Shown: piece by piece, positions 25,301-37,892 of the stretch
Layout: every line of letters starts with the position of its first letter
How positions within the stretch are numbered: position 1 is the stretch's first letter
Source: Adineta vaga
Lineage: Eukaryota > Animalia > Rotifera
DNA: 64,000 bases
Direction of reading: 5' to 3'
Assembly (NCBI GenBank): GCA_021613535.1
Contig: CP075496.1
Coordinates: 13,764,001 to 13,828,000, forward strand
Translations under genes and position numbers: made by a program
Notes under the pieces: model-generated
The model's database searches: none
Told to the model about the DNA's origin: nothing
The model's input: the letters and a program-made list of their open reading frames with translations, nothing else

Positions 25301-28300
25301 TTTATCATCGAATAAACGAAGATAAATCGGCGTTGTTGAACCAGCTTCAACTTGTGAACCTAATAAATCATCGAATTCACTCATATTTTATTCAATTGAA
25401 CTTTCTGACCTGTTTTAGTTCGTACAGTAAAATTACGTTTCTGTTTTTCATTCTTCATTTTGAATTCTTCACATGATATATCTAATAAATAATTATCTAA
25501 GATCAAATGTTCCGAATGATTAAGCCATTTGTCAATAGGAAAACAATAACTATGTCCTTTTGTATTATCAAGTATATTAATATATTCAACATTCCATCCA
25601 TGTCCAAGACTGGTTCCATTCTGGTATAATTCAATTTTAGAAATACTTTCAAGTGATTTTGTAGTACCGATATCAAATGAATCTATAATTGAATTCGTCT
25701 TTTTTTCAATAATTCAGAGTTTTAGTTTACCTGTTTTCCCTTTTTCGAAAGGATTCGAATGTTTTGTTGAACGACGTAATGATATTGGTTCAGATATTTC
25801 ACCGAGTTTATCATAAATACGTAGATAAACATCAGCATCCGTTCCTGTCGATGAAAGACCTAGAAATCCTTTACGACCTAGAAGAAGACGCTTTCAACAA
25901 TCTTTCCAGTTTCTTCATGCCTGTTTTTGTATCGATATGATACGTTCTTTTATATTGACTTGTCAACACTGACTCATTCAACGATGTATTTATCGATTGT
26001 ACCGCTTGCATTTGACGTGTTTCATTTGTATCATTATCATTCTTTTCAATATATTGTTCACGACATGAAATATCGTTAGTTTCTTTGTCTAATAAAATAT
26101 GATTATCTGTCACACCACCATTTCTTTTATTTAGGAAGTTTCCAATTGAAAAACAGACTTCTTCATTGGTTTTATTATCTTTAATCATTATATAATCAGC
26201 AAACCATCCCTGTCCTTGATGTTTTCCATCGATCCAAACTTCTAATTGTTTAATACCATTCAATAATTTTGTTGAACCTATTCATCGAATCGATACAAAG
26301 AAATTCGTCTAGGAGAAAACGAATGTACCAATATCAAATTCATCGATTTGATTACGTCCAAACTGTTTTCGATGATCAGTCGAACTTTTCAATTGAATCA
26401 CTTCAGATTTCTCTCCATTATTATCAAGTATTTGAATATATACATTGGGATGTGAACCTAGAAAAGAAAGTTTAGTTACAAGAATTGTTCATTATGAAAA
26501 GAATTACCCATTGGAAATGAAGTGAGAAAACTTTGTTTTCCAGTTTTCGTTTCTACATCTATAAGAAGAAAAACATCGAGAAATCCTTCAATCATCTGGA
26601 TTATTTACGATAAGTATTTTCAAAGGGAATTGAAGAGAGTTTCGACGATACTTCGATAGGTATGATTCACTTTTATTTCGTTCTTGAACAAGTGGAATCG
26701 CACGCTGATTTGTTTCAATCATTGAATTCGATAATAAATTACACGAAATATCGGATATTGTAGTGAAATATACATCGGTTTGTTTATCATTTTCTCCTTT
26801 GTCTAACCAACGTTGAATTGGAAAACAAAACTTTTTTTGATTATCTTCATCGATAATTTCAATCCATTCCGCATACCATCCTTGATATTTTTCAGCATTA
26901 TGTTTAACACGAATACCTACGAGTTGGTTGGAAAGTGGTTGAAATGATGTTACTTTGAATTCATCAATTGATCCAGGTTCGAAATTATGTTTATCATGAT
27001 CATGATGTTTTAAACGAATGTCTTCTGAACTTTGTTCTTGATTATCAAATAATTGAATATGAATTGGTGTTGTTGAACCAGCTTCAACTTGATTACCTAA
27101 ACGAATCCTTATAGAAAATGATGCAACGATTCATCAATATACCAGTTTTAGTTCGTATTATAAAATTTCGTTCGATGTTTTCATTTGATAGAGAATTAGT
27201 TACTTTAGTTAATGTTGTATGGAATGGTTTTATTTCATTGGAACATGGAACATTCACTGATGGATATTCAAGTAGAATATGTGTTGTTTTCAAACCAGAA
27301 TTATCATCAAGTATTCCATCAATATAGAAACAATAGGAATCTTTTGTTTTATTATCAATTACTCGAATATAATCAACACGCCATCCATCATGATGATCAT
27401 CTTCACACCATAATTCAAGTTTTTTTACTCCTTCAAGTTTTTCACGAGTACCTACATCGAATTGATCTGAAATAATCAGAAAACAAGCAGTAGAAATAGA
27501 TCATTTAATCTTCATTTACCAAGTTGATTTCTTTCAAATTTTGTTTTATGAATTAATGAATGTTTCAATTGTATTGGTTCAGATATTTGATCATTATTAT
27601 CATGAATGCGAATAAATACAGTTGAATTTGAACCAGCACCATTCAATCCAAACAGACCTGAATGACCTAAAGAAATCAACAAGTCATTGAATATTCAATT
27701 ATGTTCATCTTCTTACCTGTTTTTGTTTCAATACGATATGTTTGTTTAAAAATCGATGATAGATTCTTTATTGGATTAGTTTCATCTATTGTCAATTCAT
27801 CTCCATCAAATTGATGTTCTCGACATGGTCGATTTTCGACTGTTTGTTTATGTAAAATCAAATGTTTCTCTTCTATACCACCATTTTCTTTATTTAAATA
27901 TTCTCCAATAAAAAAACAAGCTTCTTCATTTGTTTTATTATCTGTTATCGAAATATAATCGACAAACCATCCATGACCAATTCCACTCTTATCATGCCAT
28001 ATTTCAAGTTTATTAATACCATTTAAAGATTGAATAGAACCTAAATCATTGAGAATCGATCAGCTGATTCAAAAGAGATTCATTTACCAATATCAAATTC
28101 ATCAATTTGTCCACGTTCGAATTTATTTTTATGATTAATTGATTTATCAAGTTCAATTGCTTCTGATATCTGTTCATTTTGATCATGAATTCGTATATAT
28201 ACCTTGGCATTCGTACCTATATGAATCATTACTTACGAAGAGAATTCAATGACATTACCTGTTGGTGATAATCCAAGAAAACCTCGTTTTCCAGTTTTAA

Positions 28301-30799
28301 TTTCTACATGATACGTTTGTTTCAATTGTAATGATTTTTTCTCATTGGAAATTTTCGAACAAGGTTCATTGATTGTGAACTCTGTAAGAATCATCTGTCT
28401 TGTTTTCCCATTAAGATTTGAATCAAACGATTTATTCTTGAAAAATGTTTGATGAGAATAAATCGATAGATTGATCTAAACTTACAACAGGAAAACACAT
28501 AGTACGATGAGAATCAAGATCTTCTATTTGTATCCATTCAACAATCCATTGTTGGTGTTTTTCACCTGTATACCATAGGTGAATTTTTTGTATATCTGAT
28601 AAATTGCTTCTTGTTCCTGTATGAAATTCATCGATTGCATGTTTTCCAAATGGAATTTTGTTTGTCACAGTTTGATCAAGTAGAATATCTTCGGATGGTT
28701 GATTTTGTTCATCATATAGTCGAGTAAAAACATTTGCATTTGTTCCTTCGACAAACATTTGACTTCCAGTTTTCATTGTGATTAAATATTTTTTGATAAA
28801 ATCTTCTTTTTTAGATGAAAAATAATGTTGTTGTTTACTCATAGATCGATGATCATACAAATCTTGTAATTCATGTTCGATTTTTTCACATGGATAATGC
28901 GAATGAATGGTAAGAGTCGTTTTTGTTGCACCATCAATTGCTTTATGTGATAATAATCGATTAACACCAAAACATTTGATATTTCCTGTTTTCTTATTCT
29001 TAATTTCAATCCTAAAATTTGATAAAATATCAAAAATATTTTCTCTTGAAATTTATTATTTACCATTGACAAAACCAGTTAAAATCTGATTTATCATCAT
29101 GCCATATTTCAATTTTATCAATTGAATCATCCATGAAATGAATTGAACCAATATGAAATTCATCAATTTTTCCTGCTTGAAATGGATTTGTTTGATGTTT
29201 AGAATTACTTAATAACATATCTTCTGTATGTTTAGTTTTTGTATTATAAATTTTCAAATAAATATTTGCATAACTATCAACATTATTCATTGGTTGATGA
29301 ACATTCGTTTTTGTTCGAATTAAATATTCTGTTTTATATTGATCATGTATATGATGTTCACGATATTCATTTTCTTCACATGATTCATCAGTAATAAAAC
29401 CTGTTAACATCACATGAGTTTTCTTATCACCTTCATTTAAATCCAACCAACGATTAATAGGAAAACTAAAAAAATAGATAATCAAATATAATTTTCTATC
29501 TTTTTGTTTTTTTTTTCGAACCATTTTCGTTCTAATGTATTCATATTCATAATTTCAATCCATTTTAAATACAATCCATCATGTTTTTTTCCATTATGAA
29601 AAATTTCAATTCGATCAGGAGATTTTATTAGATTTGATATACCAATTTCAAAAACATCTGTATGACCAGCTTCAAATGGATTATTATGTGTTAAGGAATT
29701 ATCCAATAGAATATCACCAGTGACATTTTCACCTTCATGTAAACGAATATAAACTTTAGCATTAGTTCCACCCATTCCAAGAGAAAAAAGACCTGTATGA
29801 CCAACTTAAAAATACAATGACGAATAATTTTATAGGAAAAAGAAGTTTTGAATTCTCGAACCTCGTGTTCGTACTTTGAATAAAGTTTGATTGATAGTAG
29901 CATGACTTGAAATGATCGATGAAGCTTTTTTCTTTGTTGATATTGGTGTAAAACTTGATGCAATGGAAAATACTTCTTCATTCTTAACAAATGGACTTGT
30001 ATGATCTAAACATCGTCGATTTTCATAATCAGTTAAAATAAGTTTTGTATTTCCATGTAAATATTCTAAATTGAAATAGTTTATTGATAATAAATTGACT
30101 AAATTGTTTACCTTTTATTTGAAAACAATAGATTTGTCCATCATTTCGATCGGTTATCTCTAAAGTTTCACAATGAAATCGTGTTTCTTTATCTCCATCA
30201 TGCCATAATTCAACTTTTTTTAATGTATGAAGTTTATTCTTTATATTCGCTTGAAATTGATCGGTTTGATTTGATCGAAATGGTTGATTATGTAATCGAG
30301 ATTGTTTTAAATGTATCGATTCAGATGATTGATGAAAAATATCAAAGAATTTTATATAAATATTCGCTTTGATTGCGGATTTTAGTCCTAAAAATCCTTG
30401 ATGGCCTGTTTTCGTTCGAATATCGTATTGAAAAATTGATTGTAATTGATTTTGTTCTTCACAAAAAGTATTTCGCTGTACTTCTGTCAATTCTAATGCA
30501 TCACCTGGACTCGAAGGTAGATAATCATTGACTGAAAAACAAAAGATTTGTTTCGTAGTTAAATCAGTTAATTGAATCGATTCTAAAAAGATTCGATCAT
30601 TGCAATGTAATTTTAATCTTTGTATATTTTCATTTAGTTTTTCTTTGATATTAATAAGAAATTCTTCGTTATTTATCGAACTTTTTAAATGAATTTCTTC
30701 ACTTGATTGATGTCGATCATCGAATATACGTAATGAAATGACTTTTTCATTATTGTTCGAAGAAGTTTTTAATCGAATCAAATATTCACGACTTGTCAT
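22384..30799 (-). CDS. Tandem PLAT/LH2 repeat protein (~16 domains; LOXHD1-like architecture), many exons
   Basis: About 16 units of Y.i.tKTG...GT.a.V.i.i.D...SE.I.L.......F..g..D.F....W..e.I.I.D....CFPI.rWLD. The true start is uncertain. Confidence 0.85.
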
Positions 30800-31095
30800 C
30801 GAATGTTATATAGAGTTATAGGAAGAGAGAAAAAAAAGAGAAGTTTACGTAGATTTCTTTCCCGCTATGGTTGTTATGTTATCGAATAGATAAATGATTT
30901 GTCATCGTTTATTTTATTTTCAATTTGCTTTGTAATTACATCTTGTGACTCGAAATTTGATAACGACACTGTTTTTTAGATAAGAAAATAGAAATAGAAT
31001 AGCAAGAAAAAGCATTTATAATGTTTTTCAAATCGAAAAAGATCGGTTGAAATATCCATTGATAAGATTTTTAAACTTTTCACTTTCTATTTCAG

Positions 31096-32257
31096 ATGAC
31101 ATCGAATTCTCTATTTTATTTCGTTTGTTTTCTATCTTTATTATTTGTCTCTTATGGACAATTTAATCAAGATCATTTAACAAAATTACAAGCATTGAAT
31201 TGTATCGAACCAACAATTACTCTTCATATTTTTTCCGGTACACCAAATCCAACATGGAAGATTGATATCAAACAACTTCTTCATATCAAGAAAACTGCAT
31301 ATGATACATTAGTTAGTTCTAATAATACATTCAGTAAATCAACAACACGAATAATGGGTTATCAAGGATTTACAATTAGTTGTTCTGCTGACCAATATGT
31401 GTTTGTACATGGTTTATCTCCACTTGAACATTTATTATTAATTGGTGGTCGTCGACATCTATCTGCATCGATTACTCATCATGTGAAAAATCATCTCGGA
31501 GAAATTATGTCTGATATAACTGATATCGTACCAGAAAATGCAGAGTGTAGTCATGTTCCAATCAAAGGTCCCGATACAGTTCCTGCATATGATCCAAAAA
31601 CAGATGATAATGGATGTTTTGTTACTAAACAAACAGAAAATAATTGCTATGCTTATGGTAAGACAAATTTGATATAAATAATGAGAATTCTTTACTGAGT
31701 ATTTTATAGGAACTGATATTGTGACAAATACATTTCCACAACCTGGTAAATAGTTTGGTTTTTTTGTTTTGTTAATCATAGAACTTCTTTTTGACTTTAT
31801 ATAGGTCGTGGTAGTGGAAAGAAATGGTCATTTAATACTTGTGCTGATATGGGAAATGCTTCTATACGTGATGGTTTAGTTTATAATGGAACGAAATTAC
31901 CAACAGTTGCACCAGAACAAGGTCATTTTGTTGCATTACTTATCTGGCCTCAAACTAATTTTCATTGGATAAGAATGGTTGGACAAGAATTTCTTATGAA
32001 ATATCATTCATTTTCAAACATATTGTTCTTTTTCTAGGATGCAAATGGATATTGGTCACATAAACCCGGAGGTAAATATACACATAGATACAAATCTTTA
32101 ATTCATTATCATATTTATATGTGTTATAGGTACACCAGTTCGTAATAAAGATAATCGAAATTTACCAATAACTGATCCTTCAAAATCAGATTTTTCACCA
32201 TGGACACAATTTTGTGCATATTACGTTGCACAGCCATCAAAACTTCAAGTTAATTAA
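31096..32257 (+). CDS. Secreted protein with an FSGxPNP N-terminal domain and an NNCY...FHW...WSHKPG domain (putative papain-like Cys-His enzyme)
   Basis: Signal peptide; LHIFSGTPNPTW and MGYQGF; NNCYAYG|TDIVTNTFPQP|GRGSG; NFHWIRM|DANGYWSHKPG|GTPVRNKD...ITDP...FCAYY. Five exons, stop at 32257. Confidence 0.75.
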
Positions 32258-32472
32258 TTGTCATTTTTCTTACACATAAAATAAACAATCTTTTCTTTTC
32301 CGAATGAGAATAACCTCAATTCAACTTTCAAGTGTGACATTACTGTTTTCTATCTAAATGTAAACGATCGTATGAATAAACAAAGCATAACTGATAATTT
32401 TATTAAATTTCACACGACATGCATTGATAAAATATTCCTTTTCGTTTAATATTCTTTCATCAAAGATGAAAT

Positions 32473-33161
32473 TTATCCTAATCCAGGTCCAATTGCTTGA
32501 TCGTTGCGAAAGAAACCATTATAACGATGTCCATCAGGAAAGATTTCAATACCACGACCGTGTTTCTTTCCCTGACACCACTCACCTTCATATTTGTATC
32601 CATTTGGAAATGTACAAATACCATATCCATGTCGATAATCATTTTGATATTCTCCTTTAATAAAAAAAACGAATTAACATGAATTCAATCTCAATTCGAT
32701 GATAAATTCTTACCAACATATTGTCGACCATCTAACCATGTAAATGTTCCATGTCCATGTCTTTTATTAGCATTAAATTGTCCTTGATATTTCGATCCAT
32801 TCGGCCATGATTCTATTCCCTCTCCATCCATTTGATTTCTATACCATTGTCCAACATAAGTTCGTCCATTTAACCAACGATACATTCCATATCCATGTTT
32901 TTCACCTTCTCTATTTAATTCACCTTCATATGCGATTGATTGTAATTGACCTATACGAATTTTCGTATGAGTTTTCCGTTGTAATGGACTAATGTCTTCT
33001 CCCTTTAATTGAATATATGCATTCGTTTTCTGATCGAAATAAGACAATGGTAGAATTCTTGTTGATCCTGTTCGACGAACAATTTCTTGAACGAATGCTT
33101 CGTATGTAGTTAAACGAATAGTGAATAAACTTGGAGGATCTTCGATACAAATCTGAACCAT
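32473..33161 (-). CDS. MORN-repeat protein; 2 exons
   Basis: Repeated YEG.W...HG.G...W.dG..Y MORN units. The second exon (GEYQNDYRHGYG...) ends at TAA 32473. Confidence 0.85.
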
Positions 33162-33564
33162 TCTTATCGTTATTCTCTTCGTTTTATCAGTTTAAAGAAG
33201 AAGAAAAAGAAATGAAATATAAGAAACCACACATACAATTTACGATATCGAGATAAGAAATAGTAAAATAAAGCCATGTCTTTTCTTCGAGTTGAAAAGT
33301 TTTGAATTCAGATTTGTTTTATTTGAATAACTAGTCATATGAAATAACAAATTGAATTGAGAAATAATAATAACAAAAGAGAATCTCTGATTTGTATTAG
33401 AAAAACATAGAATTGAACGAGTATCTGACTGTTCAATTGGAAAGACTTTAATGAAGAAATAGATCTATACAAACTGAAAAAAAAACACACACACATTTAT
33501 ATTTTTATCAGATTAGGAAAATAGAGAAAACAATAGGATTGATTGAATTTGAAAAAGAATATTT

Positions 33565-34622
33565 TTAATGAAAGATTTTTGGAAGATGAGTAAAGCTAAT
33601 CATCTAAATAGAAAAAGTAAAGAAGAAGTAATCAAATTTAGAAGACTTACAGAATTATGATAAATATTATTATTGATTTGAGAAAGAATTGAATTTCCAA
33701 CATTATTACTATTATGCATTGGAAGATGTGTATAAGACTAATGAAATTTTAATCAATGATTATATTAGAAGTCACTGGAACTTACTGGATAATTTGTTGT
33801 TGTTGTTGTTGAAAAATATTGATGCCAAACGGGTTCAGATCCAGATGGATAATAAACAGGATAATGAAAATATGGTTGAGACATAGAATTATAATACTGT
33901 TGAAAAGTTGTTCCATTCGATTGCGATGAGATTGGTAATGATATCATTGAAGGAAATGAATGATATGTTAATGAATTCAAATTATTTGTATGATCTATTT
34001 TATAACAAATGAAACATTTTATCTATGAATTAGAAATAAATACTTGATGCATTGGACATATCGGAATGTGTATCAATACTTGTTGATGATGATAAACATC
34101 GTTCTGTTGAATTGAATTGTTGTTGTTGTTGTTGCTTTTTAATAGCTGGATTAATTGATAGTTTCCTATCCATAAAATAAAGTGGTCCCTTGAAAAACTT
34201 TCATAGATACATTAACCTTATGAAGTAAATTTAATCTTACTCGATATTCAAGCGCATGCACAACGGAACGTTCTTTTACGAATGTAATAAATGCATATCT
34301 ATACAAAATGAAAATTCCAAACAATAATTCAAAAGAATCTAATAAATACCCTTTTGTTATTCCTTTTTCATCTTTAACAATACGAGTTTCACGTACTAAA
34401 CCAAAATTTGAAAAGAATTTTTCTAAATCCATTTCGGTACACTATGAATAAAGTTTGTTTTTATAGTAGAAAAACATCAAAAGGAATGAGATGTAAACAT
34501 ACATTCGGTGGAAAACCAATAACGAAAATTTTATTTCGTAAAATTCGACCTGTTCTAGGAACTTTTTCATCGGTAGATAATTTTGTTTCGAGTAAAAATT
34601 GTAATTTTCGATTATTCGACAT
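33565..34622 (-). CDS. boule: Boule/DAZ-like RRM RNA-binding protein, multi-exon
   Basis: GRILRNKIFVIGF...DLEKFFSNFGLVRETRIVKDEKGITKGYAFITF...DRKLSINPAIKKQQ, followed by a Y/P/Q-rich tail. Confidence 0.7.
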
Positions 34623-34927
34623 TATTGTACCGTTGAGTAAATCTAACTTTGTTTAACTAAGAATTTTTCCCAAAAAAATTCAAATCAGAACAATTAGGAT
34701 TGGCACTACAAGCGCCTAATTACCTCCTTCATTTTCCGATAGATTTCTCCACAAGAAAATTGTTTTGTTCCAATAAATTTACAAATTTTATTCGAAAACT
34801 TCTTTCTTTAAATCTATAAAGCAAAATTTCGAGAAATGTTATAGATGTCGCTTTAAGTCATCGGAACAATCCAATGGATGAAGTGTAACGTATTCAAAGT
34901 CATTTATTTCCTCAAATTGCTTCAGCA

Positions 34928-35255
34928 ATGGTATGTAGCTCTTTATTTCTTAATTCTTTCTTGATTAATTTTCTTCTTCTAGTCGGCTTTATTTAACTTT
35001 CAAAGTTTACTTGTGGTTATTCTTCTTTTAATATGTACATGTACGTATATACATGATTTCTATCCAAAACTATTGAATCGTTATAAAACTGGGTGAGTAA
35101 AAATGATTCATATTTATTGAAAAATATTCATATTTGAATTGTTGTTTAGATTTCGTGGAACATTTTGGAAATTTGCTCGAATTGGTCAAAGAAAAAGTCA
35201 ATATGTATCGATATTTTGTATTGGAATGGCGTTGAGTGTTCTTTTTTGGCAATAG
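34928..35255 (+). CDS. TMEM167: Protein kish (TMEM167); 3 exons; missed by the ORF track
   Basis: M|[37 protein letters not shown]|[34 protein letters not shown]. Confidence 0.95.
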
Positions 35256-35352
35256 ACATTAGACTTTCCTTTTTTTTTTGTTCTGATTTTGTTTAACGAA
35301 AAAGAAAATCTTAACTATGTACGCGATGTTTTAGATTTGAAAAAAGAAAAGT

Positions 35353-37797
35353 ATGACCGATCGATATAAATCTTCATTAAATATAATTCATTATTTACGT
35401 CACGAATCTTTGAAATGTAATCATTGGTATTATAATCGTTCGAAATATTTACAAAATCGTTTCGATCTTTCTTCTCAATTATATTGTCAAGATGGAAAAG
35501 GACATTCCGGTTGTGTGAATGCACTTGATTTCTCTTCAGATGGACTTTTCCTTGCTACAGGTAAAATATTTCCTTAAAAAAGTCTTTGCGGACTTTTGTT
35601 TTCATAAGATTAAATTTAGGTGGTGATGATAAACGTGTCTTAATATGGAATATGAGTGAAGTACTTTTCAATGAAACAAATCGATGTCCAATAGCATTGA
35701 ATGCCACACATTTAAGCAATATTTTTTCAATTAAATTCGACAATCAAAATCGACGAATTATATCCGCTGGAAATGATGAACAAATTTTAGTACATGATAT
35801 TGAAAAACAACGTCAGTAAGTTTTTCTATTCAAATTGTCGAAGAAGAAGAAGAAGAAAACAACGAAATCTTTTCGATTATTTTTTTAGAGGATATAATGG
35901 TGATCATGCTGATGAATTAGTTGATGTCTTTTTAGAATCATCACCGATTAATTGTATCTCTGTTCAACCTAAACAAAATGATGTTTTTATTGCAGCAACT
36001 GAAGATGGTCATGTACATTTATATGATTTACGTTCGGCTTCATCAGCAGCTGCACATGATCAACCATCATTGGTTATTGCTGAATCACTTGATGGATCGT
36101 TTCATTCTTGTACATTTCATCCACAACAAACTTGTCTAGTTGGAACAGCGAACGCTCGACAAGGTATTGAATTATATGACATACGATTATCGAAAAGGTA
36201 TTGAAGAAAATTTCAAAATATCAACAAAATCTGCTTTGCTATTCTTTTTCGAATTTAGTTCCGTACTTCGTTATGGTGCACCAACATCATCGGATGAGAA
36301 AACTTCTAGTAGTCGTAATGATAATGACATTGAAGGGATGAGTGTTACTTTTAATGATAATGGTAATCTTTTATATGCACTTCGACGTCGATTACCACCT
36401 GTACTGTTTAAACTTCATCAATCACAAGCATTTTGTCAGTTTGATGCGGAGAATTATGTGAATTTATGTACAATGAAATCAGGTTGCTTTGTTGGTGATC
36501 AAGATCAAGTAAATTTTCTTTGCTTTTTTTTATTAATTCTTATTTTTCTCCTTTTAGTATATTGCATCTGGTTCCGATGATTTCAATGTTTATATTTGGC
36601 GTATACCAAATGATGATGATGATCATAGTATGAGAAGAAAACTTTCTTTCGTCTTTGTTATTTCATTTTGCATACGAATCTTTCAGCTACTCTTCAAATT
36701 CAATCAACTTCACATTTAAATTCAGGTATGTCAATAAGAAAATCAATTCTAATCTTAAAAAATTCATGAATAGATCATTTTGTATGGAATGCTCATATGA
36801 TTCTACAAGGACATCGATCAGTTGCTAATCAAGTTCGATATTGTTCACGTTTACATACAATTGTATCAAGTGGTGTCGAAAAAATCATCAAAGTACGAAC
36901 AATAAACGCTCATTTTCTTTGTTAATCTACGATATTCGTAGACATATTCGAGAATCTATATACTTAAATATAGTCTAGATGTGGACACCATATCGAACTC
37001 GAAATAATCCTTCAAATAGTAATCAATTAATTGGAAGACAAGAAATGTATACTCATCGAGATTATTTACGAGCTGTATTAGAATCTGGTAAGGAATAAAT
37101 TTCTCCTATGAAATTCTAATTTAATGATTTAGGTTCAATTCATCATGATTCATCAATAGAACGATATGATGAAGATGAACGTATGTTAGCATTTTTCGAT
37201 TCACTTCTTCAACGAGAACTTAATCCTACAGATGATGATAGTGATGGTGAGATTTTCCAAAACAATGTTCATTTTTATCATTTTCTCGTTCTTTTTTTTT
37301 GTTTATAGACGATAGTGATAGTCTTTCATCAATTGTTGATTCAAGTGATACTGATTCATTAGATCAAACGAATCGATCGGAAAATGAAAGTGAAGAACTA
37401 ATAACTTTAGAAGAAATTAATAGTCAAGCAGCTGATCTCACGTGAATATTTCATCGAAAAAAATGAATCTTTCTCAATAAAAATCTCTTCTCTTCTATTT
37501 AGTGATTCTGTAACACAATCAAATCATCCATCGGAATCTCAAACATCCAATTCTCGGTCTTTAACAATCGTATCTCTTGCAAAGAATTATCGAATTCATT
37601 ATATTCAAATGCTGAACGAAAAATTGGGATTAAAATCCATGCAAACAGATAAACGTTCATTAGAATCACCAACAATTCCGATAGTTAAACGACAACGTTC
37701 ATCGTCAAATATTGGTAATACTTTACAAACATTGAGAAATCGAATTGAAACAGAAGAAACTGAACAATTTTATTTTAATGATGAAAGAAGAATGTGA
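35353..37797 (+). CDS. DCAF5: DDB1- and CUL4-associated factor 5 (WD40)
   Basis: GHSGCVNALDFS, GGDDKRVLIW, RRLPPVLF, CTMKSGCFVGDQDQYIASGSDDFNVYIW, GHRSVANQVR, SSGVEKIIK, EDERMLAFFDSLLQRE. Confidence 0.9.
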
Positions 37798-37892
37798 TGA
37801 TTTTGTATTTCAATTTGCCGTCAATTAACAAAATTTCTACTAAAAATAAATAAAGAAAAAGTATTAAATCGTACGATAAATGAAAGAATCTA

